This document shows, piece by piece, positions 22,578-32,863 of a DNA stretch of 64,000 nt (the stretch's first letter is position 1; every line of letters begins with the position of its first letter). The position numbers and the translations under genes were made by a program. Origin of the DNA: Eubacteriales bacterium (GTDB lineage: Bacteria > Bacillota > Clostridia > Oscillospirales > CAG-272); assembly GCA_045588675.1 (NCBI GenBank), contig JAZNER010000004.1, positions 12,498 through 76,497 on the forward strand, read 5' to 3'. The notes below the pieces were generated by a model, which did not search any database, was not told the DNA's origin, and saw only the letters and a list, made by a program, of their open reading frames with translations.

Positions 22578-23483
22578 TTATCTCGTCCAACCCTCGCCGT
22601 TTATTTCGCGGGCATTGTGAATCGTGATGAACGCCTTGTGGTCGATTTCATTGATTATAGCCATCAGCGCGGCATACTGGCTCATGGTAAAGGAAACCAT
22701 TATCATTTTTTTGTCTTCTTTTGAATATCCGCCGATTGCATCAAAAATCGTTGTTGTTCTGCCAAGACGCTCGATTATTGCTTGGTTGATTTCAAGGTGC
22801 TTGTCAGATACGATATTCGCAATAAGAGCCCGTGAGCCTTTAAGGAAGATTTTATCAATAACAGCGGCTGTCAGGAACGCCGAGAAAACACCGAGCAAGG
22901 TAATCACAAGGTCACCGATAACGAACATTCCAAATATTACCGCGGCGGCGTCAATCAGGAAAATAACAACCGAGCTTTTTGCCCTTTTAAAGTATTTGCA
23001 AATCGCAAATGCGAAAATGTCAACTCCGCCCGTAGAGCCGCCGCCGAGGAAGGTTATGGCACATCCCGTTCCCACGCAAAGACCGCCGACCGTAGCGGCA
23101 ATAATCAGAGTAATTTCAGAATATCCCGCTTTGTCAAGACAAAAGAAACCGTCAAGCACATCGGGGCTTGCAAGCTTTAAGAAAAACGAAACCGCAGGCG
23201 GATAGATAATCGTTGAGATGAGAGTTTTCATAGCAAAATCCTTGCCTAAGAAAAACAATCCTACAAAGAACAAAAGCCAGGTCAGCACGGTTACTATCAT
23301 ATCAACGGTAATAGCTTCTATCGGCACTAACAGGTCAATTACAATTGCAATTCCCGAAATTCCGCCTGTTACGAGATTAAAAGGAAGAATGAATATCGAT
23401 ATGCCGAAGGCAAGTATCAGTGTTCCGAGAATTATCAGAGAAGTATTTTTGACATTTGTCCAGAATTTGTGGTTTTTACCCAT
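22578..23483 (-). CDS. YitT family membrane protein (DUF2179 C-terminal domain)
   Basis: 301 aa. Polytopic N-terminal part with a soluble C-terminal domain. Confidence 0.75.
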   Translation of the reverse strand: MGKNHKFWTNVKNTSLIILGTLILAFGISIFILPFNLVTGGISGIAIVIDLLVPIEAITVDMIVTVLTWLLFFVGLFFLGKDFAMKTLISTIIYPPAVSFFLKLASPDVLDGFFCLDKAGYSEITLIIAATVGGLCVGTGCAITFLGGGSTGGVDIFAFAICKYFKRAKSSVVIFLIDAAAVIFGMFVIGDLVITLLGVFSAFLTAAVIDKIFLKGSRALIANIVSDKHLEINQAIIERLGRTTTIFDAIGGYSKEDKKMIMVSFTMSQYAALMAIINEIDHKAFITIHNAREINGEGWTR

Positions 23484-23520
23484 ATTTTTCGGCGCAATTG
23501 CGCACTTCCTTTCTTTGTTT

Positions 23521-24156
23521 TCAGGAGAACAAGCGGCTGTTTACCTCGCGGAGAATACTGTCGGCTATTTCCTCAATACTGCCCGAGGCGTTGATGATTG
23601 CGATATTCTCTCCCCTATCCCGAAGCCTTTCAAAAACATCAAAAAACATTTTTCGGGTCTTTGCAAGACACTCGTAATTTTCAAAAATTTCGGTTGGAAC
23701 ATCTTGTCTGTGTCCTATTCTCGCAAGGCTGTCTTCGGGGGAAAGGTCAAGAAAGATACAAAGGTCGGGAGTGCGAATATCGCTGTTGTCAAGGTTGAGC
23801 GCGGCGACCGCCTCAAAGCCAAGCTCAGCGCCCTGATATGCAAGTGAAGAATAATAATATCTGTCGCTGATAACAGTTTTGCCCTCTGAGAGAAGCTTGT
23901 TTATTCCGCGCGTTGGGTGAGTGTTGTGAGCCACTCTGTCAACGACGAACATTTCCGCCATTTCCAGCGGTGTTTTCCGCACCTTGCCCGAGAGCGCCTC
24001 GCGCAATTTTTTGCCTGTGTCAAAGGTCGTCGGCTCACTTGACAGGTCGCATTCAATTCCTCTTTTTGCAAGAGCGTCGCTGAGAAGCCTTATCTGAGTG
24101 CTTTTTCCTGCTCCGTCTATTCCTTCAAAAACTATAAATTTAGGAGAAAAATCCAT
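23521..24156 (-). CDS. tmk: thymidylate kinase
   Basis: 211 aa: FIVFEGIDGAGKSTQ, DRY. Confidence 0.92.
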   Translation of the reverse strand: MDFSPKFIVFEGIDGAGKSTQIRLLSDALAKRGIECDLSSEPTTFDTGKKLREALSGKVRKTPLEMAEMFVVDRVAHNTHPTRGINKLLSEGKTVISDRYYYSSLAYQGAELGFEAVAALNLDNSDIRTPDLCIFLDLSPEDSLARIGHRQDVPTEIFENYECLAKTRKMFFDVFERLRDRGENIAIINASGSIEEIADSILREVNSRLFS

Positions 24157-24341
24157 ATTGTGCCTTCCTATGCTGAATTAATGTATTACTTTTCAAACCA
24201 AACTGACGGTGAGAACAAGAGCAATATCGGGAATATTTCTATTATTTGTCCGTCAAAAGCATATATAACAATTATATCACAATTGCAATAAATTTGCAAT
24301 AGTCCCTGAGATTTTTTAATTGTTGGCGTTGTATTCGGCAA

Positions 24342-24367
24342 TAAAAAAGAGCCGCTCGGCGCGGCTC
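24342..24367 (-). terminator. intrinsic terminator after the XRE gene
   Basis: GAGCCGC-loop-GCGGCTC followed by TTTTTT on the minus strand. Confidence 0.6.
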
Positions 24368-24408
24368 GCAATAATATGCGGCACAATCGAGCGACAAGCT
24401 TTTTTTGA

Positions 24409-24621
24409 CTATAAGCCAACTCCGAGAAGCTCTGAGAGCGAAATGCCGAGAGCGTCTGCGATTTCATCGAGAATGGCAATGTCGGGGCAGGAATTTCCTC
24501 TTTCCCATTTAGAAACCGCCTGTGCAGTTACTCCGACCTTAAAGGCAAGGTCGTTTTGCGTAAGCCCCGAGAGGCGTCTGGCGTCGGCGATTTTTCTGCC
24601 CAAATTATTTGTGTCTATCAT
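24409..24621 (-). CDS. XRE-family HTH transcriptional regulator
   Basis: 70 aa: LGRKIADARRLSGLTQNDLAFKVGVTAQAVSKWERG. Confidence 0.85.
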   Translation of the reverse strand: MIDTNNLGRKIADARRLSGLTQNDLAFKVGVTAQAVSKWERGNSCPDIAILDEIADALGISLSELLGVGL

Positions 24622-24944
24622 CTGCTAACTCCTTACAGCAATTTCGCTTGTGCATATTTCTGCAAAAAATATGCACTATTTGAGGATAAATCGCCGCAAA
24701 AAGTCTTGCCGTAAAAATTAATCGTCTTTTACAGCCTTAGACCGACCTTGAGGCGAGCTTGCAGTATCCGTTTTGTCTGAAAATCATTAAAATCCGCCTC
24801 CTTTACATAAATTTCGGCTTTGCGAGGGTCTATAATCGCAAATCCGATGCTTCTATTATAATACAACACAACGGCTTTGTCAATAAACCTTTGGTTGATT
24901 TTTTGACCCGCCCGAAAGCCTTAAAGCGACATATATATTTGTGA

Positions 24945-24973
24945 TTGACAACAAACTCCTTATATGGTATAAT
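24945..24973 (+). promoter_or_regulatory. consensus sigma-A promoter for the CHAP-domain gene
   Basis: TTGACA (24945-24950), 17 nt, TATAAT (24968-24973). Confidence 0.7.
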
Positions 24974-25117
24974 TTAACTGTAAAGCAAAGACATAGAAAA
25001 AGGATATACAGCGTGAAGGTTACTTATTACTTTTAGGTAGTTTAACTGCTTCACGCGCGAATTTTGCCATTCGGCAAAATTCATCGATTGTATTTGTGCC
25101 GCCGCAAAGGCGGCGGA

Positions 25118-26713
25118 ATGGAGATTAAGATGAAATCAATCTTTCGCATTATTTCCCTTTTAATCTTAATCAGTATTTTAACTGTTACTTCCCTTGCAGT
25201 TGTTCCAACATATAATATGTCAAGGGAATACAGGGCAGAAAAATATTTTGATAATTTCAGCAGAGTTGAGCTCAGCGGCGACGGAGCGAATGATGTTTTG
25301 GCGATTGCGCTCTCTCAGCTTGGCTATCACGAGGGCGACAGTGACGCCGACCTTGGCGGTTTTAACGAGAACGGCGAGCGCGATTTTGTTGAATACAATG
25401 TGCTCAAGGGTAAGCTTGACAACAATCAGGGCAACGGAATAAGCTACGGATACTATTGGTGCGCGTCGTTTGTCAATTGGTGTTTAAGACAGGCGAGAAT
25501 TCCCGTAAAGGACGCGGGAGCGGCCGAAATAAGCTGCCGAAGATGGCTTGCGGCGGCGAAGAATGAGGGCATTTATCACGAAAAGTCGGGATATACTCCC
25601 AAATCTGCCGATTTGATCTTCTTTAAGGACGAGGGGAGTGAGGTCACCTCGACACATATGGGAATAGTTCTGTATTCGCTCCCCGGCTATGTTTATACAA
25701 TTGAGGGCAACACCTCAAACGGAAGCGAGTTTTCCAAGAACGGAAACTATGTTGCAATCAAAAGCTATCCCTTGAACAGCCAATATATCGTTGGCTACGC
25801 GTCACCGAGATATGCCACCAACGAGGCGGTTGCGGATGTTGATTATTCGGGAAAAAAGCTGACTGCGGGCCTTTACATAGCAGAGAGCGAGATTGTCGGT
25901 TATACGAGCGAAAGCCTTCAAGGATTGGCTCAGAAGATAGAAAGATATACGACCTTCGAGGTCGTTGAGATAAGCGGAAATATATATAAAATAAGCTATG
26001 TGTCGGGCGGAGTTGAAAATACAATTTTTGCAGATATCAGTGGCAAGGCACGGCAGCTGCAAGCGAGTGAGCAAATGCCCTCTTTAAGTCTTCTTGACGA
26101 CGACGGAAGCCTTTTGTATCCGAAAATTCAGGGCGAGGTCGGTCAAAAAATAAAGCTGCCCGAAGAAAAGCCCGTCGGCGACAAGCGCGGATTTGTAGGC
26201 TGGAGCAGAACGGCGGGGGACAGCAACAATTTACTGTCGCCGGGCTCCTCCATCACGCTTGGAGAAGCAGGTGTAAAGCTCTATGCAATATGGGATTATA
26301 ATTTTTATCTTATAAGCTTCAAAGCGCCCGACGGCTCAATAATTGCCCAAAGATACGGGTATTTCGGTGACAGCTTTGAAGTTCCAATTCCCGAAAATAT
26401 TCCCGAAGGATATACTTTTGTCGGCTGGGATAGCGACAATATCTCTACCGTTATCACTAAGGACGCAAGCTATACTGCAATTTTCGAAAAAATTGAGCAG
26501 ACAACGACAAAGGAATATGAAGGCACAGAGGAATTAATCGAGAGTGGCACACAGCTTGAAAGTCAAACCCAATTAGACAATGAAAGCGACACTACCTCTC
26601 AAAGCACTCAAAAGCCCAACAATTTTGGTTGCAGAGCAACATTTGGTTCGAGTGCGGTATTTTATATTGTAATAGCCTGCGCCGCAATAATGCTTATAAA
26701 GAAAAAAGACTAA
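25118..26713 (+). CDS. secreted or anchored CHAP-domain cell-wall hydrolase with Listeria-Bacteroides-type repeats
   Basis: I place the start at MEIKMKSIFRIISLLILI (signal peptide). CHAP Cys/His residues (YYWCASFVNW, THMGIV, EGNTS). GFVGWS / YTFVGWD repeats. C-terminal TM anchor. Confidence 0.8.
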   Translation: MEIKMKSIFRIISLLILISILTVTSLAVVPTYNMSREYRAEKYFDNFSRVELSGDGANDVLAIALSQLGYHEGDSDADLGGFNENGERDFVEYNVLKGKLDNNQGNGISYGYYWCASFVNWCLRQARIPVKDAGAAEISCRRWLAAAKNEGIYHEKSGYTPKSADLIFFKDEGSEVTSTHMGIVLYSLPGYVYTIEGNTSNGSEFSKNGNYVAIKSYPLNSQYIVGYASPRYATNEAVADVDYSGKKLTAGLYIAESEIVGYTSESLQGLAQKIERYTTFEVVEISGNIYKISYVSGGVENTIFADISGKARQLQASEQMPSLSLLDDDGSLLYPKIQGEVGQKIKLPEEKPVGDKRGFVGWSRTAGDSNNLLSPGSSITLGEAGVKLYAIWDYNFYLISFKAPDGSIIAQRYGYFGDSFEVPIPENIPEGYTFVGWDSDNISTVITKDASYTAIFEKIEQTTTKEYEGTEELIESGTQLESQTQLDNESDTTSQSTQKPNNFGCRATFGSSAVFYIVIACAAIMLIKKKD

Positions 26714-26736
26714 AAAAAATATATTAAAGACAAAAA

Positions 26737-26777
26737 GTCTGCATCAAACCAAATTGATGCAGACCTGTTTTTATTTT
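26737..26777 (+). terminator. intrinsic terminator
   Basis: GTCTGCATCAA-loop-TTGATGCAGAC followed by CTGTTTTTATTTT. Confidence 0.8.
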
Positions 26778-27367
26778 ACATTCAGTTCCTCAACAAGCGA
26801 GAAAAGCTCTTCCCTGCCCATAAGAATATTGAGAGCCGAAAGCAGAGCATTCGGGGTCATTTTTTTTGGCAATCCAAGTTTTACTGCAAGCAGATCACGC
26901 TTCTCCGAGCAGTTTTCTCCGCCCGTCAGACCAAGTGAGAAAAAATCAGCCTTGGTAATTTCCTCGCGAGAGGAATTTTTGCTCTCGTTGTCGGCAGAGA
27001 ACGGTAGCAAAAGATTTTTAAGAAGCTCGGCTTCAACCCCCTCAACTCCCAAAAAGCCTTCGGCAGACCCAGCTTGCTTTCTTTTTTCCTTTCCCTCGAT
27101 TTGAGGCGTGTAGAGCTGGATTATTCTGTCCTTCGGTATTGCCGAGGTGATATGAGAGCGGATCAATTTTCCCGCACCGTCGCTGTCGGTCAGCACTATT
27201 ATCCGAGATTTTTCGGCAAGCCTTCTGAGGAGAGCCAAGCGCTCGGCATTTTTAAACACGCCAAAGCCGTCGGTCGTAAAAACAGAGGCGTCGGCTATTG
27301 ACATAATTTTGATTTTATCATATTTGCCCTCAACAATAATCGGGAAATTGATTTTAAGCTTTTCCAT
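26771..27367 (-). CDS. Toprim-domain protein (RNase M5-like / DUF4093)
   Basis: 198 aa: IIVEGKYDKIKI...IIVLTDSDGAGKLIR. Confidence 0.7.
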   Translation of the reverse strand: MEKLKINFPIIVEGKYDKIKIMSIADASVFTTDGFGVFKNAERLALLRRLAEKSRIIVLTDSDGAGKLIRSHITSAIPKDRIIQLYTPQIEGKEKRKQAGSAEGFLGVEGVEAELLKNLLLPFSADNESKNSSREEITKADFFSLGLTGGENCSEKRDLLAVKLGLPKKMTPNALLSALNILMGREELFSLVEELNVK

Positions 27368-27394
27368 AAGTTTTTAAAAATCCTGTTTTTGAAT

Positions 27395-28294
27395 TTATGC
27401 AAGCTTGAAATAGAGAATTACAAGCGCGCCAAGAATAATTCTGTATATGCCAAATGGAGCAAAGCTGTGTCGCTTTACAAAGTCCATAAGGAACTTGATT
27501 GCAACCATTGAGATAGCAAACGCAACAATGCTTGCAATAATCAGGCAAGCCCACGCGAGAGCGGGGACACTCATACTGTTTTCTGAAACATATTCAAAAA
27601 AGCCGTAGCCCTTGATAAGACTTGCACCGACCATAGCAGGTATTCCCATAAAGAATGAAAACTCTGCGGCGGCGGGGCGGGAAAGCCCCAGAAATCTTGC
27701 TCCGAGTATCGTCGAGCCCGAGCGAGATGTGCCCGGGACGATTGACAGTGTCTGTGCACAGCCGATAAGTAAGGCTTGTGAATAAGAGATTTGGTCAACC
27801 GAATTTACACTTGATGCTTTATTCTTATGTAATTTTTCAATTACAATAAACAAAACGCCGTAAACGATTAACGCTACTGCAACCGTCAGCCAGTTGTAAA
27901 TCCAGCCGTCAATGCTTTTTCCTGTATATTTTTCAAGCAATTTATCGCCGACAATTCCGATAAGCGCGGCAGGAATGCTTGCGAAGACGACCTTAAACCA
28001 GAGGCTCCAGGTCATTTTTCTCTCCTCAACACTTTTCTTTGGAGAGAACGGATTGAGCTTGCCAAAAAACATAACTACGACCGCAAGTATTGCGCCAAGC
28101 TGAATTACGACCTCAAACATACTCCAATACTCTTTGGCAAACGCGGCGTCAAGATGGGGAGCTACATTCAGACTTAAAAATTCATTGAGTAAAATCAAAT
28201 GTCCCGTTGAGCTTATAGGAAGCCACTCGGTAATTCCTTCAAGCACGCCGTATATGACCGATTTGATAATTTCGATAAATTCGTACATTAACAA
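27395..28294 (-). CDS. uppP: undecaprenyl-diphosphate phosphatase
   Basis: 299 aa: GVLEGITEWLPISSTGHLIL, PGTSRSGSTI. Confidence 0.93.
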   Translation of the reverse strand: MLMYEFIEIIKSVIYGVLEGITEWLPISSTGHLILLNEFLSLNVAPHLDAAFAKEYWSMFEVVIQLGAILAVVVMFFGKLNPFSPKKSVEERKMTWSLWFKVVFASIPAALIGIVGDKLLEKYTGKSIDGWIYNWLTVAVALIVYGVLFIVIEKLHKNKASSVNSVDQISYSQALLIGCAQTLSIVPGTSRSGSTILGARFLGLSRPAAAEFSFFMGIPAMVGASLIKGYGFFEYVSENSMSVPALAWACLIIASIVAFAISMVAIKFLMDFVKRHSFAPFGIYRIILGALVILYFKLA

Positions 28295-28306
28295 TTCTCC
28301 CTGTGT

Positions 28307-29599
28307 TTAATTCCCTGCCCTCATAATGTCGCCCTCTTTGACTTCAAAGGGAACTCTGCACCAGAAAATCATTGACGGGTGAGGCGCTGACAGGACGCTC
28401 TCACCGTTTGGCAAATAAATTTCGCCGACCGTGAACGCTCTGCCTATTTTTGAGGGAGAGATAAGCTCTGCGCTATCTCCAAGCGACACCTTGTTTCTCT
28501 GAATAAAGCGGTAAAGCCTACCGTTTTCGTTTTCAAGAGCAATTCCCATTGAGGACAATTTTTCAGCTTCCTCTACATTATAATCTGTTGCGGTTGAGAA
28601 ATATGCCTTATCGCGAATATAACCCGTCTGAGTTGAAAGATTGGCTTCTTCAATCGGCTTGTCGAGATAATAGCCCGTGCAGTATTCGCGGTGCGAAACA
28701 CATTCAAGCTCGCGGTACCAATCGGGGTTGAACTCGTATCGGTCGGGGTTTTCAATATAACTGTCAAGCGCCATACGGTAGGCATTGGTAACAACCGCGG
28801 TGTAGTACGCGCTCTTCATTCTGCCTTCAATTTTAAAGGAGTTTATTCCACATTCTATAAGCTCGGGAATATGCTCAATAGTGCACATATCCTTTGAGGA
28901 CATTATAAAAGTGCCAAGCTCGGTCTGCTCTATAGGAATAGGCATATCAAGGCGCTTTTCCTCGTAAATAATATAATTCCAGCGGCAAGGCTGAGTGCAT
29001 CTTCCTCTGTTGGCGTCCCGTCCCGTCATCATATTTGAAAGCATACATCTTCCGCTGTATGATACGCACATTGAGCCGTGAATGAATGCTTCAAGCTCAA
29101 TCTGGGGGGGGAGCTTTGCCCTGATTGCCTTAATTTCGGAAAAGCTAAGCTCGCGGGCGAGAACAAGTCTTTTTGCTCCAAGCGCGACATAGGCGAGTGC
29201 CGCCTCGGGCGACACAATGCTCGCTTGAGTTGAAATGTGGATTTCGGCGTCGGGAATGATTTCCTTGACCGTTGTCATAACGCCGAGGTCGGCAATAATA
29301 AAGGCGTCAATCTCCGCGTCGGAAATCTGTCGCAAAAACTCCCTCAGCTCCTCGTACTCGTCGCCGTGAGGCATAGTGTTCAGGGTGAGATAAAGCTTCT
29401 TGCCTCTCTCGTGTGTATATTTGACCGCCTCATAGAGCTCCTCGACCGAAAAATTATCGGCGGCAGAGCGCATACCAAAGCTCTGACCTGCACAATAAAC
29501 GGCGTCTGCACCGTAAAGCAGGGCGGCTTTAAGCTTTTCAAAGTTGCCCGCCGGCGACAAAAGCTCCAGCCGATTATTTAAATAATCATTTTTTTGCAT
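28307..29599 (-). CDS. peptidase U32 family protein
   Basis: I place the start at ATG 29599 (MQKNDYLNNRLELLSPAGN), after a GGAGG SD. Typical U32 N-terminus with the E..IHGSMCVSYSGRC motif. Confidence 0.85.
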   Translation of the reverse strand: MQKNDYLNNRLELLSPAGNFEKLKAALLYGADAVYCAGQSFGMRSAADNFSVEELYEAVKYTHERGKKLYLTLNTMPHGDEYEELREFLRQISDAEIDAFIIADLGVMTTVKEIIPDAEIHISTQASIVSPEAALAYVALGAKRLVLARELSFSEIKAIRAKLPPQIELEAFIHGSMCVSYSGRCMLSNMMTGRDANRGRCTQPCRWNYIIYEEKRLDMPIPIEQTELGTFIMSSKDMCTIEHIPELIECGINSFKIEGRMKSAYYTAVVTNAYRMALDSYIENPDRYEFNPDWYRELECVSHREYCTGYYLDKPIEEANLSTQTGYIRDKAYFSTATDYNVEEAEKLSSMGIALENENGRLYRFIQRNKVSLGDSAELISPSKIGRAFTVGEIYLPNGESVLSAPHPSMIFWCRVPFEVKEGDIMRAGN

Positions 29600-29708
29600 A
29601 TTAAACCTCCATATGCCGCCTTTGCGGGGGCACAAATACGATTGATTCGCGCGCCAAACAGTTAATTTGCCTGTAAGTGGGAATTAACTTTCACGCTGAA
29701 CCTCAAAA

Positions 29709-30674
29709 CTATTTATAAAACTCATTCTTTATGCTTCGAGTGAACAAATGAGAGAAAGCGTCGTGCGGGTCCCTGCCCTTGTGTATGATTTCGTAAACCG
29801 AGCGGCAGATAGGCATATCCACATCATATTTTTCGCAAAGCAGCATAAGAGCCTCAGAGGTGTAATAGCCCTCGGCAAGCTTTCCGTATTTTTCGCCCTT
29901 TACAAACTTTTCACCAAAGGCGCGATTATGGCTGAACTGCGAAAAAACAGTTGCCTCATAGTCGCCAAGATGGCAAAGACCGTATGCAGAAAGCTCATTT
30001 CCGCCCATTTTCGCAATCAATCTTGCAACCTCGCGCGTTCCCCTTGACATAAGCGCGCCCTTGAGGGTTGAAAGTCCGCTTCCGTCAAGCATACCCGCCG
30101 CAATTCCAATGACGTTTTTCGCCGCCGCGCCTATTTCGTTGCCAAGCAGGTCGTCGCCGTAATAAAAGCGAATGAGCTCGCTTGAAAATGCGTCAACAAG
30201 CATAACCTTAGTTTCCTCGCACTCGCTGTCAATCACCATACAGTTCGGAATTCCCGCGTAAAATTCCTGAACATGACCTGGTCCTAACCAAACGGCGACG
30301 CGACAGCTGCCGTCAAGCGCGCCCGAAGCGATTTCGGACAGACGGCGGCCTGTTGATATTTCTATTCCCTTCATACAAAGGACAACCGTCTTGTTTTTCA
30401 ATCCGAGAGGCTTGATTTCTTCCATAAAGTCAGACAAGCCCTGTGAATTTATTGAAATAATAATTATCTCGTTATCGCAAAGAGAGCTTAAGCTGTTTGA
30501 AAGCCTTACGCTGTCGGGAAGAGATAGAAGGTCATTTCTTCTTTCGCTCATAAAGCGTTGCATATTTTCAGACTCGGCTCTTCCGTAAAGGGTGACATTA
30601 TGCCCCTTTTTTTCTGAGAGATACCAGGTAATAAGCGAGCCCCAGCGACCGCAACCAACAACACAAATATTCAA
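29709..30674 (-). CDS. GpsA-family NAD(P)H-dependent glycerol-3-phosphate dehydrogenase homolog
   Basis: 321 aa. Rossmann N-terminus ICVVGCGRWGS, then GPGHVQE and GAAAKNVIGIAAG. Confidence 0.7.
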   Translation of the reverse strand: MNICVVGCGRWGSLITWYLSEKKGHNVTLYGRAESENMQRFMSERRNDLLSLPDSVRLSNSLSSLCDNEIIIISINSQGLSDFMEEIKPLGLKNKTVVLCMKGIEISTGRRLSEIASGALDGSCRVAVWLGPGHVQEFYAGIPNCMVIDSECEETKVMLVDAFSSELIRFYYGDDLLGNEIGAAAKNVIGIAAGMLDGSGLSTLKGALMSRGTREVARLIAKMGGNELSAYGLCHLGDYEATVFSQFSHNRAFGEKFVKGEKYGKLAEGYYTSEALMLLCEKYDVDMPICRSVYEIIHKGRDPHDAFSHLFTRSIKNEFYK

Positions 30675-30852
30675 AGCAATAAACCTGTCCTTTCAAAGTT
30701 TACACAATTATCATTGACAAAAGATTGATATAATGATAAAATATAAAAAGCACTTAAATTTCGGTATATATCTATTGAATTAATTATATCAAATAGCACT
30801 GTAAAAGTCAAGTGTCAGCCGAAATAAAACTGAAAAGGAAGCCTGAGCAAAA

Positions 30853-32814
30853 ATGATAGCAATAGGAGTTAGCGGATTGACGCTGCAATTCGGTACTGCA
30901 ACAATACTTGAAAATATTTCTTTTTCGCTGGAAGAAAACGACAAGCTTGGAATTATCGGCTCAAACGGAAGCGGTAAGACCTCGCTGTTCAAGCTGATAA
31001 CAGGGGAATATGACGCTACCGCGGGAGAAGTATATATATCAAAGGGCAAGACTGTGGGAATGCTCTCTCAGTACGGAGCATTTGCCTCAGACGGCGAGGA
31101 CGACCTCTTGCGCGATGACCGAGATACTGCTCTTTCTCATATGCTCAATGCCTTCCCCGAGCTTCTTTCAGCCGAAAAAAGACTTGCCGAGCTTGAAGAG
31201 CTTTTGCGCGACGATAAAAACCCAAAGCACACAATTTATACAAACGAATATATCAGCCTTCACGAAAAGTTTTTGCGAGAGGGCGGACTTGAATTCCGAG
31301 GCAGATGCCGTTCAATTTTGTCAAAGCTCGGCTTTGACGACGAGGCAATAGAGAAAAGCGTAAAGCTGTTGTCGGGAGGACAAAGAACAAGACTTGCTCT
31401 TGCAATTCAGCTTTGCCGCGAGCCTGATATTCTGATGCTCGACGAGCCGACGAACCATCTTGATATCGAAACGCTCGGCTGGCTTGAAAGCTTCCTTATT
31501 CAGTACAAAAAGTGCGTTATGGTAATTTCGCACGACCGCTATTTCCTTGACCGAATAACAAATAAGACCCTTGCTGTTGAGCACCGCAAGGCAAAGCTCT
31601 ATAACGGAAACTATACTCGCAGTATGGAGCAGAGAAAGTTTGACCGCGAGATTTACGAAAAGCACTACCGCGAGCAGCAAAAGGAAATTGCAAGACAGGA
31701 GGCATATATAGCTCAGCAGCGCGCGTGGAACCGCGAGCGAAATATTATAGCCGCAGAATCCCGTCAAAAGCTGCTTGATAAAATGGACAAGCTTGAAGCG
31801 CCCGAAGCCGAGGAGAGAGCGATCAGAATGAAATTCACCTCTGAAATTCAAAGCGGCAACGAGGTAATGACGGTTAAAAATCTCGGTATGGGATTTGGGT
31901 CAAAAAGGCTTTTTGGGGGACTTGATTTTCTTGTCAAGCGCCGCGACAGACTGCTTATAATCGGCCCTAACGGCTGCGGCAAATCTACGCTTATAAAGCT
32001 TCTTATGAAAAAGCTTGCCCCGATTGAAGGAAAGGTTGAGGAGGGCTATAATGTCGTAATAGGATATTATGACCAGGAGAACCAGAATTTAAGTCAAAGC
32101 AAGACCGTGCTTGACGAGCTTTGGGACGCTTACCCAAATCTTACAGAGCAAAAAATCCGCTCAACGCTGGCGTGGTTTAATTTCTTTGGCGAGGATGTGT
32201 TCAAAACAGTCGGTATGCTTTCGGGCGGAGAGAGAGCAAGACTTACACTCTCAAAGCTGATTTTATCAAAGATGAACCTCTTGATTTTGGACGAGCCGAC
32301 AAACCATCTTGACATAGACTCCCGCGAGGCACTCGAAGCCGCGCTTGAAGAATTTGACGGCACGATAATCGCGGTTTCTCACGACCGTTACTTTATAGAA
32401 AAGCTTGCAAACCGTATAATTGAATTAAAGCCCGACGGGTATATTGATGCGGATATGTTCGATTATAAGGTAACGCAAAAGGGCGAGGCTTATACAGAGT
32501 TTCGCGAATTTACAAACGCGAGAGCGCAACGGTTAGGCGAGCTGACACAGAAGACAGGTAATGCCACGCCAACGGTCAGCAGTGCAAAGGAGCAGTATCT
32601 GCTCAATAAGCAAAGGGCGTCTGAGGAAAGAAAAAGAGCGGGGCGGATAGAGCGGCTTAAAAAAGAGATGACAGCGCTTGAAGATGAGCTTGACAGGATT
32701 TGTGACCAAATGAACGGCGAGGCGGCAACCGATTACAAAAAGGTTGCAGAGCTTGACCTTCGCAAGAACGAAATCGAAGAGCGTCTGATGCAAATATACG
32801 AGGAGCTTGAATAG
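30853..32814 (+). CDS. ABC-F family ATPase (two ABC domains, linker, C-terminal coiled coil)
   Basis: 653 aa. GSNGSGKTS and GPNGCGKST Walker A motifs, and two LSGG(Q/E)R signatures. Confidence 0.9.
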   Translation: MIAIGVSGLTLQFGTATILENISFSLEENDKLGIIGSNGSGKTSLFKLITGEYDATAGEVYISKGKTVGMLSQYGAFASDGEDDLLRDDRDTALSHMLNAFPELLSAEKRLAELEELLRDDKNPKHTIYTNEYISLHEKFLREGGLEFRGRCRSILSKLGFDDEAIEKSVKLLSGGQRTRLALAIQLCREPDILMLDEPTNHLDIETLGWLESFLIQYKKCVMVISHDRYFLDRITNKTLAVEHRKAKLYNGNYTRSMEQRKFDREIYEKHYREQQKEIARQEAYIAQQRAWNRERNIIAAESRQKLLDKMDKLEAPEAEERAIRMKFTSEIQSGNEVMTVKNLGMGFGSKRLFGGLDFLVKRRDRLLIIGPNGCGKSTLIKLLMKKLAPIEGKVEEGYNVVIGYYDQENQNLSQSKTVLDELWDAYPNLTEQKIRSTLAWFNFFGEDVFKTVGMLSGGERARLTLSKLILSKMNLLILDEPTNHLDIDSREALEAALEEFDGTIIAVSHDRYFIEKLANRIIELKPDGYIDADMFDYKVTQKGEAYTEFREFTNARAQRLGELTQKTGNATPTVSSAKEQYLLNKQRASEERKRAGRIERLKKEMTALEDELDRICDQMNGEAATDYKKVAELDLRKNEIEERLMQIYEELE

Positions 32815-32823
32815 CTCAAAAAG

Positions 32824-32859
32824 AAAAATCTCCAAGATAAACCTATCTTGGAGATTTTT
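32824..32859. terminator. bidirectional terminator
   Basis: 16-bp arms AAAAATCTCCAAGATA / TATCTTGGAGATTTTT between convergent genes. Confidence 0.85.
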
Positions 32860-32863
32860 AAGC

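Noticed and set aside
25064-25117. N-terminal extensions in track ORFs: the CHAP protein from 25064, rpoB from 18119, the U32 peptidase from 29635, the RibU-like protein from 5342, sepF from 63856, and the RHH protein from 37984.
   Set aside because: In each case an internal ATG or GTG with a good SD yields the canonical family N-terminus or a signal peptide. The upstream codons overlap leaders or riboswitches.
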